This document shows, piece after piece, positions 46,308-56,044 of a DNA stretch of 64,000 nt. Position 1 is the stretch's first letter, and every line of letters begins with the position of its first letter. The position numbers and the translations under genes are program-made. Under the pieces are notes generated by a model. That model was given only the letters and a program-made list of their open reading frames with translations, was not told where the DNA came from and made no database searches. The stretch comes from an uncultured archaeon (GTDB lineage: Archaea > Iainarchaeota > Iainarchaeia > Iainarchaeales > GCA-2688035): positions 4,881 to 68,880 of the forward strand of contig CAYHBD010000010.1 of assembly GCA_964354805.1 (NCBI GenBank), in the 5' to 3' direction.

Positions 46308-46892
46308 TTATGCAAGGAATAAAGCTAATGCATAGAAAAATACGGCTAAGAGTATTATGTATGGGCCCAAAAGTTTGAGTTTGCGTTTTCTTTTAAAACG
46401 CCCAGCTATGATAAAAGCCATGCCCAAGAAAAAGATAGGAAAAGACAGCAAACGAAAGATGAACGCCATTTGCCCTCTTGTGATTGCTTCTTCTAGGGAA
46501 GTGCTCAAAGAGCCAACACAAGTAATAGTTAAGATCTCTTTCTCACCAGACTGGGGTATATAAGTCATTAAAATTTCACTGTGGTGGAAAGTAACTCCAG
46601 GAAGTAAATTCCCTTCGATTTGAAATTCTTCCCCAGAGCCTATCACTCCCTCAAGCGGTTTTTCAATTACGAATACATCGCTTTTAGATTCAATCGAAGT
46701 TATGGTAATATTTCCTTCCGTTTTATTAATTAACTTTACAAAAGAAGCCCCCTCCTCCGGCCTTATAAAACGGGAGTCTTTTAGCAATATTTTAGTTGGA
46801 TTAGAAGTACTGCAAACTGTTCCCACTGATATCGCAACAGCAATATTGGATAATAAAACCAAGCAAATCAACATAGCGAAATATTTTTTCAT
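46308..46892 (-). CDS. Secreted protein with C-terminal TM pair; paralog of the 32317-32766 domain
   Basis: CSTSNPTKI...VKLINKTEGNI...TITC. Confidence 0.65.
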   Translation of the reverse strand: MKKYFAMLICLVLLSNIAVAISVGTVCSTSNPTKILLKDSRFIRPEEGASFVKLINKTEGNITITSIESKSDVFVIEKPLEGVIGSGEEFQIEGNLLPGVTFHHSEILMTYIPQSGEKEILTITCVGSLSTSLEEAITRGQMAFIFRLLSFPIFFLGMAFIIAGRFKRKRKLKLLGPYIILLAVFFYALALFLA

Positions 46893-46998
46893 TTCAATTC
46901 TAATTAACGCTAAACTTGTATTTAAAGTTTGATTCGTGACATTTTTGGGTACATTAATGAACTAATTAATAAAAAAACAACAACTTGGAGTTTTCCAA

Positions 46999-47649
46999 TC
47001 AGCTGTGCTTTCCCTTCAGCGGAACGAAGACAAAGCAGCACTTGCTTTCTTTTTCAACAGCTTTCCCTTTTTGCTTTTCAATTAAAACCATTTCCTGCGA
47101 AAACCTGCCTCCAAGCGGTGCAACCAATTTTCCTTTTTCACGCAGCTGTTCAATCAATGGCTCTGGGATCTGCCTGCACGCAGCGCTGATTAAGATTCTG
47201 TCAAAGGGCGCTTCCTCTTTCCATCCAAGGGTTCCATCGCTGCAGCGCAAAAAAACGTTTTCGCAGCCAAGCAGAGCAAGGGCTTTCACTGCCTGCTGGT
47301 GCAGGGCATGCAATAGCTCAATACCAAACACAGCCCCTTTTTTCCCAACAAGCTCTGAAAGCAGTGCTGCAACGTAACCGCTTCCTGCCCCCACTTCCAG
47401 AACCTTGTTTCCTTTCTGCGCTGAAAGCATTTCAAGCATTATTGCAATAGTGCTAGGCTGCGATATTGTCTGCCCTGAACCAATTGGGAAAGCGCTGTCA
47501 GCGTAAGCGTAATCAATCAGCGCTGCTGGAAAAAATTTTTCCCTTGCAACAGCGAGAAAAGCGTTGCGCACTGCTTCGCTTTGAATGCTGCAGGCTGCCT
47601 GCATTTCCCCTACCAATCGCTTTCTTTTCTGTTCAAAGCTTTCGCTCAA
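46999..47649 (-). CDS. pcm: Protein-L-isoaspartate O-methyltransferase
   Basis: GQTISQP, LEVGAGSGY, APFDRI, FVPL. Confidence 0.96.
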   Translation of the reverse strand: MSESFEQKRKRLVGEMQAACSIQSEAVRNAFLAVAREKFFPAALIDYAYADSAFPIGSGQTISQPSTIAIMLEMLSAQKGNKVLEVGAGSGYVAALLSELVGKKGAVFGIELLHALHQQAVKALALLGCENVFLRCSDGTLGWKEEAPFDRILISAACRQIPEPLIEQLREKGKLVAPLGGRFSQEMVLIEKQKGKAVEKESKCCFVFVPLKGKHS

Positions 47650-48575
47650 CTAGATCGCTCTCTTTCCCTAATCAATTGCATTAAATCCCGGAATTTGCTT
47701 AATGTGCTCAGCTCTTCTTCCGCAATTATCGGGATTTGCTCAAAGCGCTTCACTTTTTTGTCCTTTGCAATAATGAAGGGCTCTGCCTTGAATACTTTTT
47801 TTGTTTTTTCCAGGTCAATTGCCTTTCTTTTAATTTCCATTCCATGGCTTACTTTTCCGATTAACAGGCTTTCAGCCGGGCTGCTATATGCCTTGAACGG
47901 AGCGTGCTTGAATAAAGCTATTTTAATGCCAAGCTCATGCACCTGCTCCAAAGCCCTGTCGTCAATGTGCTCGCTGTAAAAGCCCTTAATCTCTTTTTCG
48001 CTCGGCTGAGCAGCTGCAAACAAATCGATTTTTTTAATCAAAGCAGTTGCAAGCGCGTCCTCAAGCTTTTCAGCCATTGAAAGCGAAGCTGTTGCGCCCT
48101 TCTCATACCTGTGGATTGATTCAACAGTGCTTTCAACCTGTTCTGCAAGTTGTTGCAGCGTCAAGCCAAGCTGCTTTCTCCTCTGCCTGAGCTTCTCCTT
48201 GTCCAATTCAACAATGCTCTTTCCCTTGAAGTAGCGCACTGAGGGAAACCTCTCGGCCAGCAGCCCCTTAAAGCTATCAATGTTCAAAGCAGCCAGGCCA
48301 TACCTCTCATACAGAACGCCGTTGCTCAAAGCAAAAGCCTTGCTTTTTTCGCCCAAAATCAAAACAGTTGCATTGAACAGGGAAGCAATCTTCCGCAGCT
48401 CTGCAGCGTGCTCTTCCCTCATTGCATCAATGTTGTTGAAAACCTTCACAACAAGAGTCAAATCAGGCCTTTTTGCAACCAAATCAAAGCAGGCATTGCT
48501 GTGCAGAAAGCCCTCAACATCAAAACCGTTCTCCTTGAGCAAAGCAATTGCCCTCAACAAAATCGTTTCCCGCAT
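47646..48575 (-). CDS. Archaeal XRE-HTH regulator with PD-(D/E)xK-like N-terminal domain
   Basis: CFDLVAK...KVFNNID, YERYG, HTH with RYEKG. Confidence 0.85.
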   Translation of the reverse strand: MRETILLRAIALLKENGFDVEGFLHSNACFDLVAKRPDLTLVVKVFNNIDAMREEHAAELRKIASLFNATVLILGEKSKAFALSNGVLYERYGLAALNIDSFKGLLAERFPSVRYFKGKSIVELDKEKLRQRRKQLGLTLQQLAEQVESTVESIHRYEKGATASLSMAEKLEDALATALIKKIDLFAAAQPSEKEIKGFYSEHIDDRALEQVHELGIKIALFKHAPFKAYSSPAESLLIGKVSHGMEIKRKAIDLEKTKKVFKAEPFIIAKDKKVKRFEQIPIIAEEELSTLSKFRDLMQLIRERERSS

Positions 48576-48634
48576 TTCGCATCGCCAAAGCAAATATTTA
48601 AATTAAGTTAAAAACCCTTTTTTAATGGTATTCA

Positions 48635-48925
48635 ATGCCTCTGTTCAGAAGAAAGAAAATGCCATTGCTGCCTGGGAAAACATTTAAACCAAGGAAGCAT
48701 ATTGACAGAAGGGAAGAAAACTGGGCTTTGAATGTTCTGCCAAGCGGCATCAGTAAAGAGCCGACCTTTGTTGTTTACAAAGCCGATTACCCAAAAATGG
48801 CTGAACCAACGCCCGCTGTAGTTAGAGGCGGCGCGTTTACAGTGGAATTGCTTGAAAGAAGAGGGCAGGCTGCAAAGAAAAAAGGCTTTTTACAACGGAT
48901 TATAGAACGGTTTTGGAAAAAATGA
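48635..48925 (+). CDS. Basic orphan protein
   Basis: MPLFRRKK N-terminus. Confidence 0.55.
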   Translation: MPLFRRKKMPLLPGKTFKPRKHIDRREENWALNVLPSGISKEPTFVVYKADYPKMAEPTPAVVRGGAFTVELLERRGQAAKKKGFLQRIIERFWKK

Positions 48926-49011
48926 ATTTCGAATTTTCAATTTCACAGCACGCATCGTAAAATAGCAAGGTTTAAATTCTTTGAAAGCATAGGTTTTATT
49001 GGTGAAATAAC

Positions 49012-49251
49012 ATGGGAAAAAGAGTGGAAGCGTTTCGTAGAAAGATTGGTTTGCAGGGTAGAAGAGAGGGAAAGGAGAGGCCATATTACCCTGGTGTTTC
49101 CCCTGGAGTGCCAGTACGGAAGGGGGTCCAGGGTGTGAAGGGGATGTATGAAATCCAAACAGCCCCAAACAGTAAATTCGTGTCTTTTGATAGGCGTCGC
49201 AGATTGCGCGATAGACTGTTTGGAAGAAAACAGCGTCCCGAACCAAAATAA
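49012..49251 (+). CDS. Basic orphan protein flanked by 16-bp repeats
   Basis: GGTGA RBS; Arg-rich. Confidence 0.55.
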   Translation: MGKRVEAFRRKIGLQGRREGKERPYYPGVSPGVPVRKGVQGVKGMYEIQTAPNSKFVSFDRRRRLRDRLFGRKQRPEPK

Positions 49252-49277
49252 GTTTTTCTGCTTTATAGTGTTCAGTT

Positions 49278-50102
49278 TCACAGCACTCCTGCAAGGAAGC
49301 CGAGCAATGCAACCAGCATTGCGATTTTTGAGAGCACCTGTGCCCTGCCAAATTTTCTTTGAACAGCTTTAGCAAAAGAGAGCAAAAAAAGCAGGTTCGC
49401 GATTGAAACAATGGCAAGAAAAGCAATTTTGTTAAAGCCAAGCAGGGCAAAAGGGGCATAAACAGCAATTATTGCAGCCAAATAATAAAGGAAAACAATT
49501 CCAATAACCTTTTTTTCGCTCAACAGCATTGGCAGGCTTTTCTTAAAGCCCCTGTCCTGCTTCACATCCTGCAAATCCTTTATCAGCTCTCGAGCAAGGT
49601 TCGCAAACAAAGCTGCAAGCGCAAGAAATGCAACAATCTCATATTTGCCAATCAATGATGCGCCGAAAACAAGCGTGAAGGCAGTTCCAGAAGCAACAAC
49701 AAAATTGCCGATATACTTTGTCTTTGAAAGAAAAGCACTGTAAACAATTAGTAGGGCAGTGAAAACAAAAGCTATTGCAGTGCTTGCTGCTGGCAGATAA
49801 TTTAATGCAAGCGCATTGCCTGCAATGAACAGCACAATTGCATAGCACAGCGCTGTTTTTGGCTTTATTTTTCCGCTTGGCAGTGGCTTGCCTGGGTGCA
49901 ACTTTTTGTCCAAATTCCTGTCAAAGTAATCGTTTATCACCATGCCGCCAGCGCAAACAAGGAAAGCGACAGCCATTGCAATGCCAATTCCTTGGTTCAA
50001 TTGAATTGCGCTGCCTGCAATGCTGCTGCCAATGAATGTTCCAAAAGCAGCCATTGTGCAGTTCAACGGCCTGATGATTGAAACGAAATCCAGCAGTGAC
50101 AT
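49278..50102 (-). CDS. Digeranylgeranylglyceryl phosphate synthase (UbiA family)
   Basis: IRPLNC, INDYFD...D, RELIKDLQD...D. Confidence 0.9.
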   Translation of the reverse strand: MSLLDFVSIIRPLNCTMAAFGTFIGSSIAGSAIQLNQGIGIAMAVAFLVCAGGMVINDYFDRNLDKKLHPGKPLPSGKIKPKTALCYAIVLFIAGNALALNYLPAASTAIAFVFTALLIVYSAFLSKTKYIGNFVVASGTAFTLVFGASLIGKYEIVAFLALAALFANLARELIKDLQDVKQDRGFKKSLPMLLSEKKVIGIVFLYYLAAIIAVYAPFALLGFNKIAFLAIVSIANLLFLLSFAKAVQRKFGRAQVLSKIAMLVALLGFLAGVL

Positions 50103-50185
50103 CTGAATCAAGTATTGCTGAAAAGGGTTATAAAATTATTATTTTATTATTCAATGGATGAATTAAGGAAAAGCGGTGTTTTTGC

Positions 50186-51055
50186 TTGACTGTTGAGTTG
50201 AGTGTTCTTGCAGCGTTTGGCGCAATGCTTTGCTGGGGCTTTGGTGACTTTTTAATACAGAAAAGCGCGAGAAAGGTTGGTGACATTGAGGCGCTTGCTT
50301 TCATTGGCATAATCGGCTCAATAATTCTCCTGCCTTTTGTTGTTCTTGAGCTGCCGCTTCTTTTTTCTTTTGAAAATATTGCCCTGCTTTGCTTTGTTGG
50401 AATTGTAACTCTTGTTGTTGCCTTGTTTGATTTTGAGGCATTGAAGCAGGGAAAGCTTTCCGTTGTGGAAATTGTGCTGGAAATAGAGCTGCCTGCAACA
50501 GTGCTGCTTGGGTTTTTGTTCTTTGCCGAAATTGTTTCAACCCAGCAAATAATATTGATTCTGTTTATTCTGTTGGGTGTTGCCCTGATTTCGCTTTCAA
50601 ATATTTCAAAGCAGCAGTTCTTGAAAGGGTTAGAAAAAGGAATTCTGCTGGCAATAATATCCGGCATTGGGCTGGCTTTTTTGAACTTTTTCACAGCAGT
50701 TGCCAGCAGAAAAGTTTCGCCAATAATGGCAGTTTGGGCGCCATTTGTTGTTTTCACAATCCCTTGCCTGGCAATCATCTGGCGCAGGGAAGGTTTCAAA
50801 AAGCTTGCCGGAAACGCGGCCAAGTACAAATTCACTTTGCTCGGAATGGGCATTTTTGACACAATTGCCTGGGTTTTCTTTGCAATAGCTGTTTTCGAAA
50901 AACCGCTTGCCATCACAATAGCAATAACGGAAAGCTATCCTGCTGTAGCACTGCTGCTTGCAGTCTGCATAAACAAAGAGAAAATAAGAAAACACCAGTA
51001 TGCAGGCGCGGCAATTGCGCTGGCAGCCTGCATTTTGCTTGGGTTGCTTGCATAA
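50186..51055 (+). CDS. DMT/EamA-family transporter
   Basis: AMLCWGFGDF; duplicated 5-TM unit. Confidence 0.85.
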   Translation: MTVELSVLAAFGAMLCWGFGDFLIQKSARKVGDIEALAFIGIIGSIILLPFVVLELPLLFSFENIALLCFVGIVTLVVALFDFEALKQGKLSVVEIVLEIELPATVLLGFLFFAEIVSTQQIILILFILLGVALISLSNISKQQFLKGLEKGILLAIISGIGLAFLNFFTAVASRKVSPIMAVWAPFVVFTIPCLAIIWRREGFKKLAGNAAKYKFTLLGMGIFDTIAWVFFAIAVFEKPLAITIAITESYPAVALLLAVCINKEKIRKHQYAGAAIALAACILLGLLA

Positions 51056-51108
51056 TTGGCTTTTTTGCCAAAAAAGTTCTTCAACAAACCATTGCCCAAA
51101 AGATTGGG

Positions 51109-53337
51109 CTATTTTTTACCGGTTTTCATTTTCGGCTTGAATCTCTTAATCAAAAGCGAGTTTGTTACAACGCTTACTGAACTGAATGCCATTGCGCTGC
51201 CTGCAATCACCGGGCTTAAAAGCCAGCCGGTGAAAGGGTAAAGCGCTCCTGCTGCAACAGGGATTCCAATAACATTGTAAACAAATGCCCAGAAAAAGTT
51301 CTGCTTTATTTTTCGCATTGCAAAAGTGCTGAGCTGGATTGCTGCAACAACATCCCTTGGATCGTTCTTTACAAGCACAATGTCCCCTGCTTCAATCGCA
51401 ATATCTGTCCCTGAGCCGATTGCTATTCCCAAATCTGACTGGGCAAGCGCCGGGGCATCGTTTATCCCGTCGCCAACCATTGCAACTTTTTTGCCCTGCT
51501 GCTGCAGTTTCTTTATCTCTTTCTCTTTTTCAGCAGGCAGCACCTCCGCAAGCACTGTGTTAATGCCAGCCTGTTTTGCTATTGCTGCAGCAGTCCTTGC
51601 ATTGTCTCCGGTAATCATTGCAACCTGCTTTCCCATTGCCTGCAATGCGGCAACAGCTTCCCTGCTATGCTCTTTCAGCGTGTCGGCAACAGCAACAACG
51701 CCTGCTGCTTTACCATCCAATGCAAGAACCATTGCTGTTTTGCCCTGTGCTTCAAGGCTTTCAAGGGTTGAATTAATTACCTTCAAATCAATTTTTCTTT
51801 CCTGCATCAGTTTCCGGTTTCCAAGCAGAATCCTTTTCCCCCTGAATTTTGCTTCCACCCCTTTTCCTGTGATTGAATCAAATGAATCAGCATCAGGCAG
51901 CTGCATGCTGCTTTCCCTGGCCTTGTTAACTATGGCTTCTGCAAGCGGGTGCTCGCTTCTTTTTTCGGCAATTGCAGCATAAAGCAAAACATCTTTTTGC
52001 TGCATTGAGCCAGATACAACCACCTCTGTAACAACAGGCTTGCCAACTGTAAGGGTTCCTGTTTTGTCAAAAACAATTGTGTCAATCTCTTTTGCTTTCT
52101 GCAGCGCGGCAGCGCTCTTGATCAGAATGCCCTGCTCTGCGCCCTTTCCAGTGCCAACCATTACAGCTGTCGGTGTTGCAAGCCCCATTGCGCAGGGGCA
52201 GGCAATTATCAGCACTGAAATGAAAACAGTTAATGCAAACAAAAAGCCCTGCCCTGTTGCAAGCCAGAATAAGGCTGCTGCAAGCGCAATCACAATGACT
52301 GCAGGGACAAAGTATGCGGAAATTTTGTCGGCAAGCTGCTGTATTGGGGCCTTGCTTGCCTGGGCATCCTGCACTAATTTGATTATTTGCGCAAGCATTG
52401 TTTCGCTGCCGACTTTTTCTGCCCTGAATTTGAATGAGCCTGTTTTGTTGATTGTTGCCCCAATCACCTTGTCATTGGCGGATTTTTCAACTGCAATGCT
52501 TTCACCTGAAACCATGCTTTCGTCAACGCTGCTGTGCCCTGCAATAACTGTTCCGTCAACAGGCACCTTCTGGCCTGGCTTCACCACAACAATGTCTCCG
52601 ATCTGCACTTCTTCGATTGGTATTTCAATTTCTTTTCCGTTCCTTTCAACAATTGCTTTTTTCGGCTGCAGGCCAATCAGCTTTTTTATTGCCTGGCTTG
52701 TCCTGCCCTTTGCAACAGCCTCCAAATACTTTCCAAGCAAAATGAAGGTTATCAGGAAAGCAGCTGTTTCATAGTACAATCCCATTTCTGAGAAAATAGC
52801 TGAACCGGAAAGAATTGAAAAAGTTGCGATTACGCTGTAAACATATGCAGAACCAACGCCCATTGCAACAAGGCTGTCCATTGAAGGGCTTTTTCGCAGC
52901 AAAGCCCTAATGCCCCTTGAAAAAAATCCCCTGCCAACAAAAATTACAGGCGTTGCCAACAGAAACTGCAGCACTGCCTCGTTGCGCATTATTATTTCTG
53001 GAAGTGGCAGACCAAGCATTGCTGCAGCCATAAAATACATTAAGGGAAGGCTGAACAAAAGTGAAATTATGAAATTCCTTTTGAAAGAATTGGTTTCTTT
53101 TTCCCTTGCCTCTTTCTCCAAATCAGGCTTTACAACAGCATAACCTGCTTTTTTTATCGCCTCTTCAAGCGCGCTTTCATTAGCAATGCTTGGGTCAAAG
53201 CTAATTGTCGCCTTCTCTGTTGCAAAGTTAACGTAGGCACTGCGAACTCCTTTGGTTTTGCGCAGTGCTTTCTCTATTGTTGCAGCGCAGCTTGCGCAGT
53301 GCATTCCCTTAACCAGGATTGTTTTTTCTTCCTGCAT
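51109..53337 (-). CDS. copA: Copper-exporting P1B-type ATPase
   Basis: GMHCASC, CPC, DKTGT, SEHP, GDGIND, YN/MAFSS. Confidence 0.96.
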   Translation of the reverse strand: MQEEKTILVKGMHCASCAATIEKALRKTKGVRSAYVNFATEKATISFDPSIANESALEEAIKKAGYAVVKPDLEKEAREKETNSFKRNFIISLLFSLPLMYFMAAAMLGLPLPEIIMRNEAVLQFLLATPVIFVGRGFFSRGIRALLRKSPSMDSLVAMGVGSAYVYSVIATFSILSGSAIFSEMGLYYETAAFLITFILLGKYLEAVAKGRTSQAIKKLIGLQPKKAIVERNGKEIEIPIEEVQIGDIVVVKPGQKVPVDGTVIAGHSSVDESMVSGESIAVEKSANDKVIGATINKTGSFKFRAEKVGSETMLAQIIKLVQDAQASKAPIQQLADKISAYFVPAVIVIALAAALFWLATGQGFLFALTVFISVLIIACPCAMGLATPTAVMVGTGKGAEQGILIKSAAALQKAKEIDTIVFDKTGTLTVGKPVVTEVVVSGSMQQKDVLLYAAIAEKRSEHPLAEAIVNKARESSMQLPDADSFDSITGKGVEAKFRGKRILLGNRKLMQERKIDLKVINSTLESLEAQGKTAMVLALDGKAAGVVAVADTLKEHSREAVAALQAMGKQVAMITGDNARTAAAIAKQAGINTVLAEVLPAEKEKEIKKLQQQGKKVAMVGDGINDAPALAQSDLGIAIGSGTDIAIEAGDIVLVKNDPRDVVAAIQLSTFAMRKIKQNFFWAFVYNVIGIPVAAGALYPFTGWLLSPVIAGSAMAFSSVSVVTNSLLIKRFKPKMKTGKK

Positions 53338-53395
53338 AAAAATCAAACAAAATCCATTATGTTAATTATTGCGATTTGCTTTAAACAATTGCCCC

Positions 53396-54154
53396 CTATT
53401 TTGCCCCGCAGCCGCAGCTTGCTGTTCCGCAGCAGCTGCCGCCCTGGGCGGCAGCAGAGCCAGCCTGCAATTGCTTTGCAGCAATGCCTTCGCTCAGCTG
53501 TACTCCGCCGCTATTAAAGCCTTCCGCATTCGATTCGCTTACAACCTTTGCACTGTAAGTTTTGAATACCTCGATTGAGAGCAGCTGCTGCTTTGTTGTT
53601 TTGGCCGAATCAAATGTTACATCAAAAAAATTCGGGAACTGGAATGCAACGCTTGTTACCCCTGAAAGCTTGCGCAGCTCGCTTGAAATCAATGGTGCGT
53701 GGCCGCTGCAAGGGATTTCAACCTGCAGCCTCAACTGTGAAATTGTTTGGTTGGTTGCGTTTGCAGCAGGCAATGTAGCAAGGCTTCCTGTATCAAAGTT
53801 TGCTGTCATTGGAAATATTACAAGGAAAAGCAGCAGGTTAACCGCAATGGTGCTTCCGTACATTGTTGCAAGGTATTGCTTTTTTCTTGCAATTCCTGCA
53901 ATTGAAAGAATGCCGTTCCTGCGCAAATAAAAAGCAGACGCAATTGTTGCAAAACCTATTGAGATTGCTATTAGAATGTAAAAAAACCACGGGTTCAGCA
54001 GCAGGGGCTTGAATAATTCAACAGCAAATGTTGCTCCAAGCACCGAAGCAGCAATGAACCCAATGCAGCCAAGGTGCGGAATCAACCCAAACAAGATTCC
54101 CTGCCTTATGCTCGTTTTTTCTTTTGCTTTGTTTTCCGTTGAAATGTCTTGCAT
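53396..54154 (-). CDS. Membrane protein with HMA-like domain and Cys-rich tail
   Basis: PHLGC TM motif, IPCSGH, C-terminal SCCGTASCGCG. Confidence 0.75.
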   Translation of the reverse strand: MQDISTENKAKEKTSIRQGILFGLIPHLGCIGFIAASVLGATFAVELFKPLLLNPWFFYILIAISIGFATIASAFYLRRNGILSIAGIARKKQYLATMYGSTIAVNLLLFLVIFPMTANFDTGSLATLPAANATNQTISQLRLQVEIPCSGHAPLISSELRKLSGVTSVAFQFPNFFDVTFDSAKTTKQQLLSIEVFKTYSAKVVSESNAEGFNSGGVQLSEGIAAKQLQAGSAAAQGGSCCGTASCGCGAK

Positions 54155-54180
54155 AAAATCACCTGCAACAATTGCAGCTG

Positions 54181-54209
54181 AAACCATATATATGGTTTCA
54201 TGAAACCAT
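54181..54209. promoter_or_regulatory. Overlapping perfect palindromes (candidate operator of the copper locus)
   Basis: AAACCATATATATGGTTT (54181-54198) and ATGGTTTCATGAAACCAT (54192-54209). Confidence 0.7.
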
Positions 54210-54250
54210 TGAAAATTGTTTAAAAACAGTAGGTAGCACAAGTTTTCTTG

Positions 54251-54763
54251 ATGGAACTGAAAATAGATTTCAGCAACAGGAAGGCAATCGCAGGCCTGAT
54301 TGCCCTTGCATGCGTAATAGCTCTTGCCTTGTATCTGCCAAGCGTGATTTCGGCAACCAAATCAGAGGTATGCACGGTCGATGGGGTGTGCCTGCATGAG
54401 AAACAGCTCACGTTCTTAACCCAGCTTGTGCCTGTTTTTGTGCTTGGGGGCATAGTCATTGGCGCAGTGGTTTTCTTTTTCGTGACATCAAAGCTGGAAG
54501 ACAAGCAGAGGAATGTTAAGAAACTGTCAAGCGTAATGCTAAAATTCCTCAACCCTGATGAAAGAAAGCTTGTTGATTTGCTGATTGAAAACAACGGAAA
54601 GGCATTGCAGGCTGAACTGACAAGGCTGCCTGGCATGAGCAAGGTCAAAAGCCACAGGATAATCCAAAGGCTCATGGACAGGGGCGTAATAGAAAAGGAA
54701 ACACTTGGAAAAACAAATATTGTGCGCTTCAGCAAAGAAATAAAAGAGGGGCTGTTGCAGTAA
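54251..54763 (+). CDS. Membrane-anchored winged-helix regulator
   Basis: Two TMs around a CTVDGVCLH loop; C-terminal wHTH (QAEL...SKVKSHR...GKTN). Confidence 0.85.
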   Translation: MELKIDFSNRKAIAGLIALACVIALALYLPSVISATKSEVCTVDGVCLHEKQLTFLTQLVPVFVLGGIVIGAVVFFFVTSKLEDKQRNVKKLSSVMLKFLNPDERKLVDLLIENNGKALQAELTRLPGMSKVKSHRIIQRLMDRGVIEKETLGKTNIVRFSKEIKEGLLQ

Positions 54764-55203
54764 TGTCGAAAAAAACATGGCAGCAATTCCATGCCGATGT
54801 CAAGAAATTGGTAGCTGGCTTTGGCAGCTATAAGCCTGATGTCATTGTACCTTGCATGCTCGGCGGCCTAATTCCAGGCGCAATAATTGCAAAAGCTTTG
54901 GGAATAAACGATGTAAGGCCGATTGACATTGAGAGAAAAGGAATGGAGAGAAGGCTTGCATACGATGTGCAGGGCAGCATTGCAGGAAAAAAGGTTCTTA
55001 TAGTAGAGGATGATTTGCCTACTGGGATAGGGCCAGCGCTTATAAAGAAACAGTTTGAGCAAAGAGGCGCAGCAGTGAAAATAGCCGCTGTTTACGTTAA
55101 CAGCGAGAGCAAGCATCTTGCTGACTTTTATGCTGCCGAACTGCAGCAATTGCCAGATTACCCTTGGAAAAAACAGCATGCAGGCGACAGGCTGAGAAAA
55201 TAA
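54763..55203 (+). CDS. Type I phosphoribosyltransferase
   Basis: GGLIPG; VLIVEDDLPTG PRPP loop; YPW. Confidence 0.85.
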   Translation: MSKKTWQQFHADVKKLVAGFGSYKPDVIVPCMLGGLIPGAIIAKALGINDVRPIDIERKGMERRLAYDVQGSIAGKKVLIVEDDLPTGIGPALIKKQFEQRGAAVKIAAVYVNSESKHLADFYAAELQQLPDYPWKKQHAGDRLRK

Positions 55204-55246
55204 GCTTTAAATCATTCTTCTATAAATTAATAAAAGGGGATTCGAT

Positions 55247-56044
55247 TTGATTGACTCAGCTGCATTGCTCGAAAAAGTGCGCGCCCAGAAACCTTTGGTG
55301 CATCATATAACCAATTGGGTAACTATTTACGATTGCGCGAACATTGTGAGGGCAATCGGCGCCCTGCCTGTAATGGCTCACGCAATTGAGGAAAGCGCTG
55401 AAATGCAATCTATAGCAAATGCGCTTGTTCTGAACATTGGCACACTTACCCCCTCATTGGTTGAAAGCATGATTGCTGCTGCAAAAAAGGCGAATGAATT
55501 GCAGCTCCCTGTTGTATTGGATGCTGTCGGAGTTGGAGCAACAAGGCTGCGGACAGAAAAAGCAAAAGAGATTCTTGAAAAAGTTCGTGTTGATGTATTG
55601 AAAGGAAACAAAAGCGAAATAGCAAAATTGGCCGGTGCTGATGTTCTCACTCGGGGGGTTGAAGCAAGTGCCGTTGAAGGAAATATTATTGAGTTGGCAA
55701 AAAAACTTGCAGCAGAGAGGCAAAATACTGTTGTTGTAACAGGTGCGCAAGACATTGTTGCATCTGCAGGGAAAAATTTTCTGGTGAAGAACGGGCATTC
55801 CCTAATGGGCAAATTCGTTGGAACAGGCTGCATGGCTGCCTCTTTGATTGGATGCTTTGCTGCTGTTGAAAAAGATTATGCAAAAGCAAGCGCTGCTGCC
55901 TTGAGCTGCTTTGGGATTGCAGGCGAGCTTGCGGCAAAAAAAGCAAAGGCACCGGCTGCATTCAAGCAGCAGCTGTTTGATGAATTGTACAATCTCAAGC
56001 CAGCGGTTGTTAAAAAAAAGCAGAAAATAGAGGAATTAAAATGA
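55247..56044 (+). CDS. thiM: Hydroxyethylthiazole kinase
   Basis: PLVHHITNWV, LNIGT, LDAVGVGAT, GTGC. Confidence 0.96.
   Translation: MIDSAALLEKVRAQKPLVHHITNWVTIYDCANIVRAIGALPVMAHAIEESAEMQSIANALVLNIGTLTPSLVESMIAAAKKANELQLPVVLDAVGVGATRLRTEKAKEILEKVRVDVLKGNKSEIAKLAGADVLTRGVEASAVEGNIIELAKKLAAERQNTVVVTGAQDIVASAGKNFLVKNGHSLMGKFVGTGCMAASLIGCFAAVEKDYAKASAAALSCFGIAGELAAKKAKAPAAFKQQLFDELYNLKPAVVKKKQKIEELK

Noticed and set aside
55204-55246. TPP riboswitch before thiM
   Set aside because: The gap is short and AT-rich; no aptamer core could be assembled.
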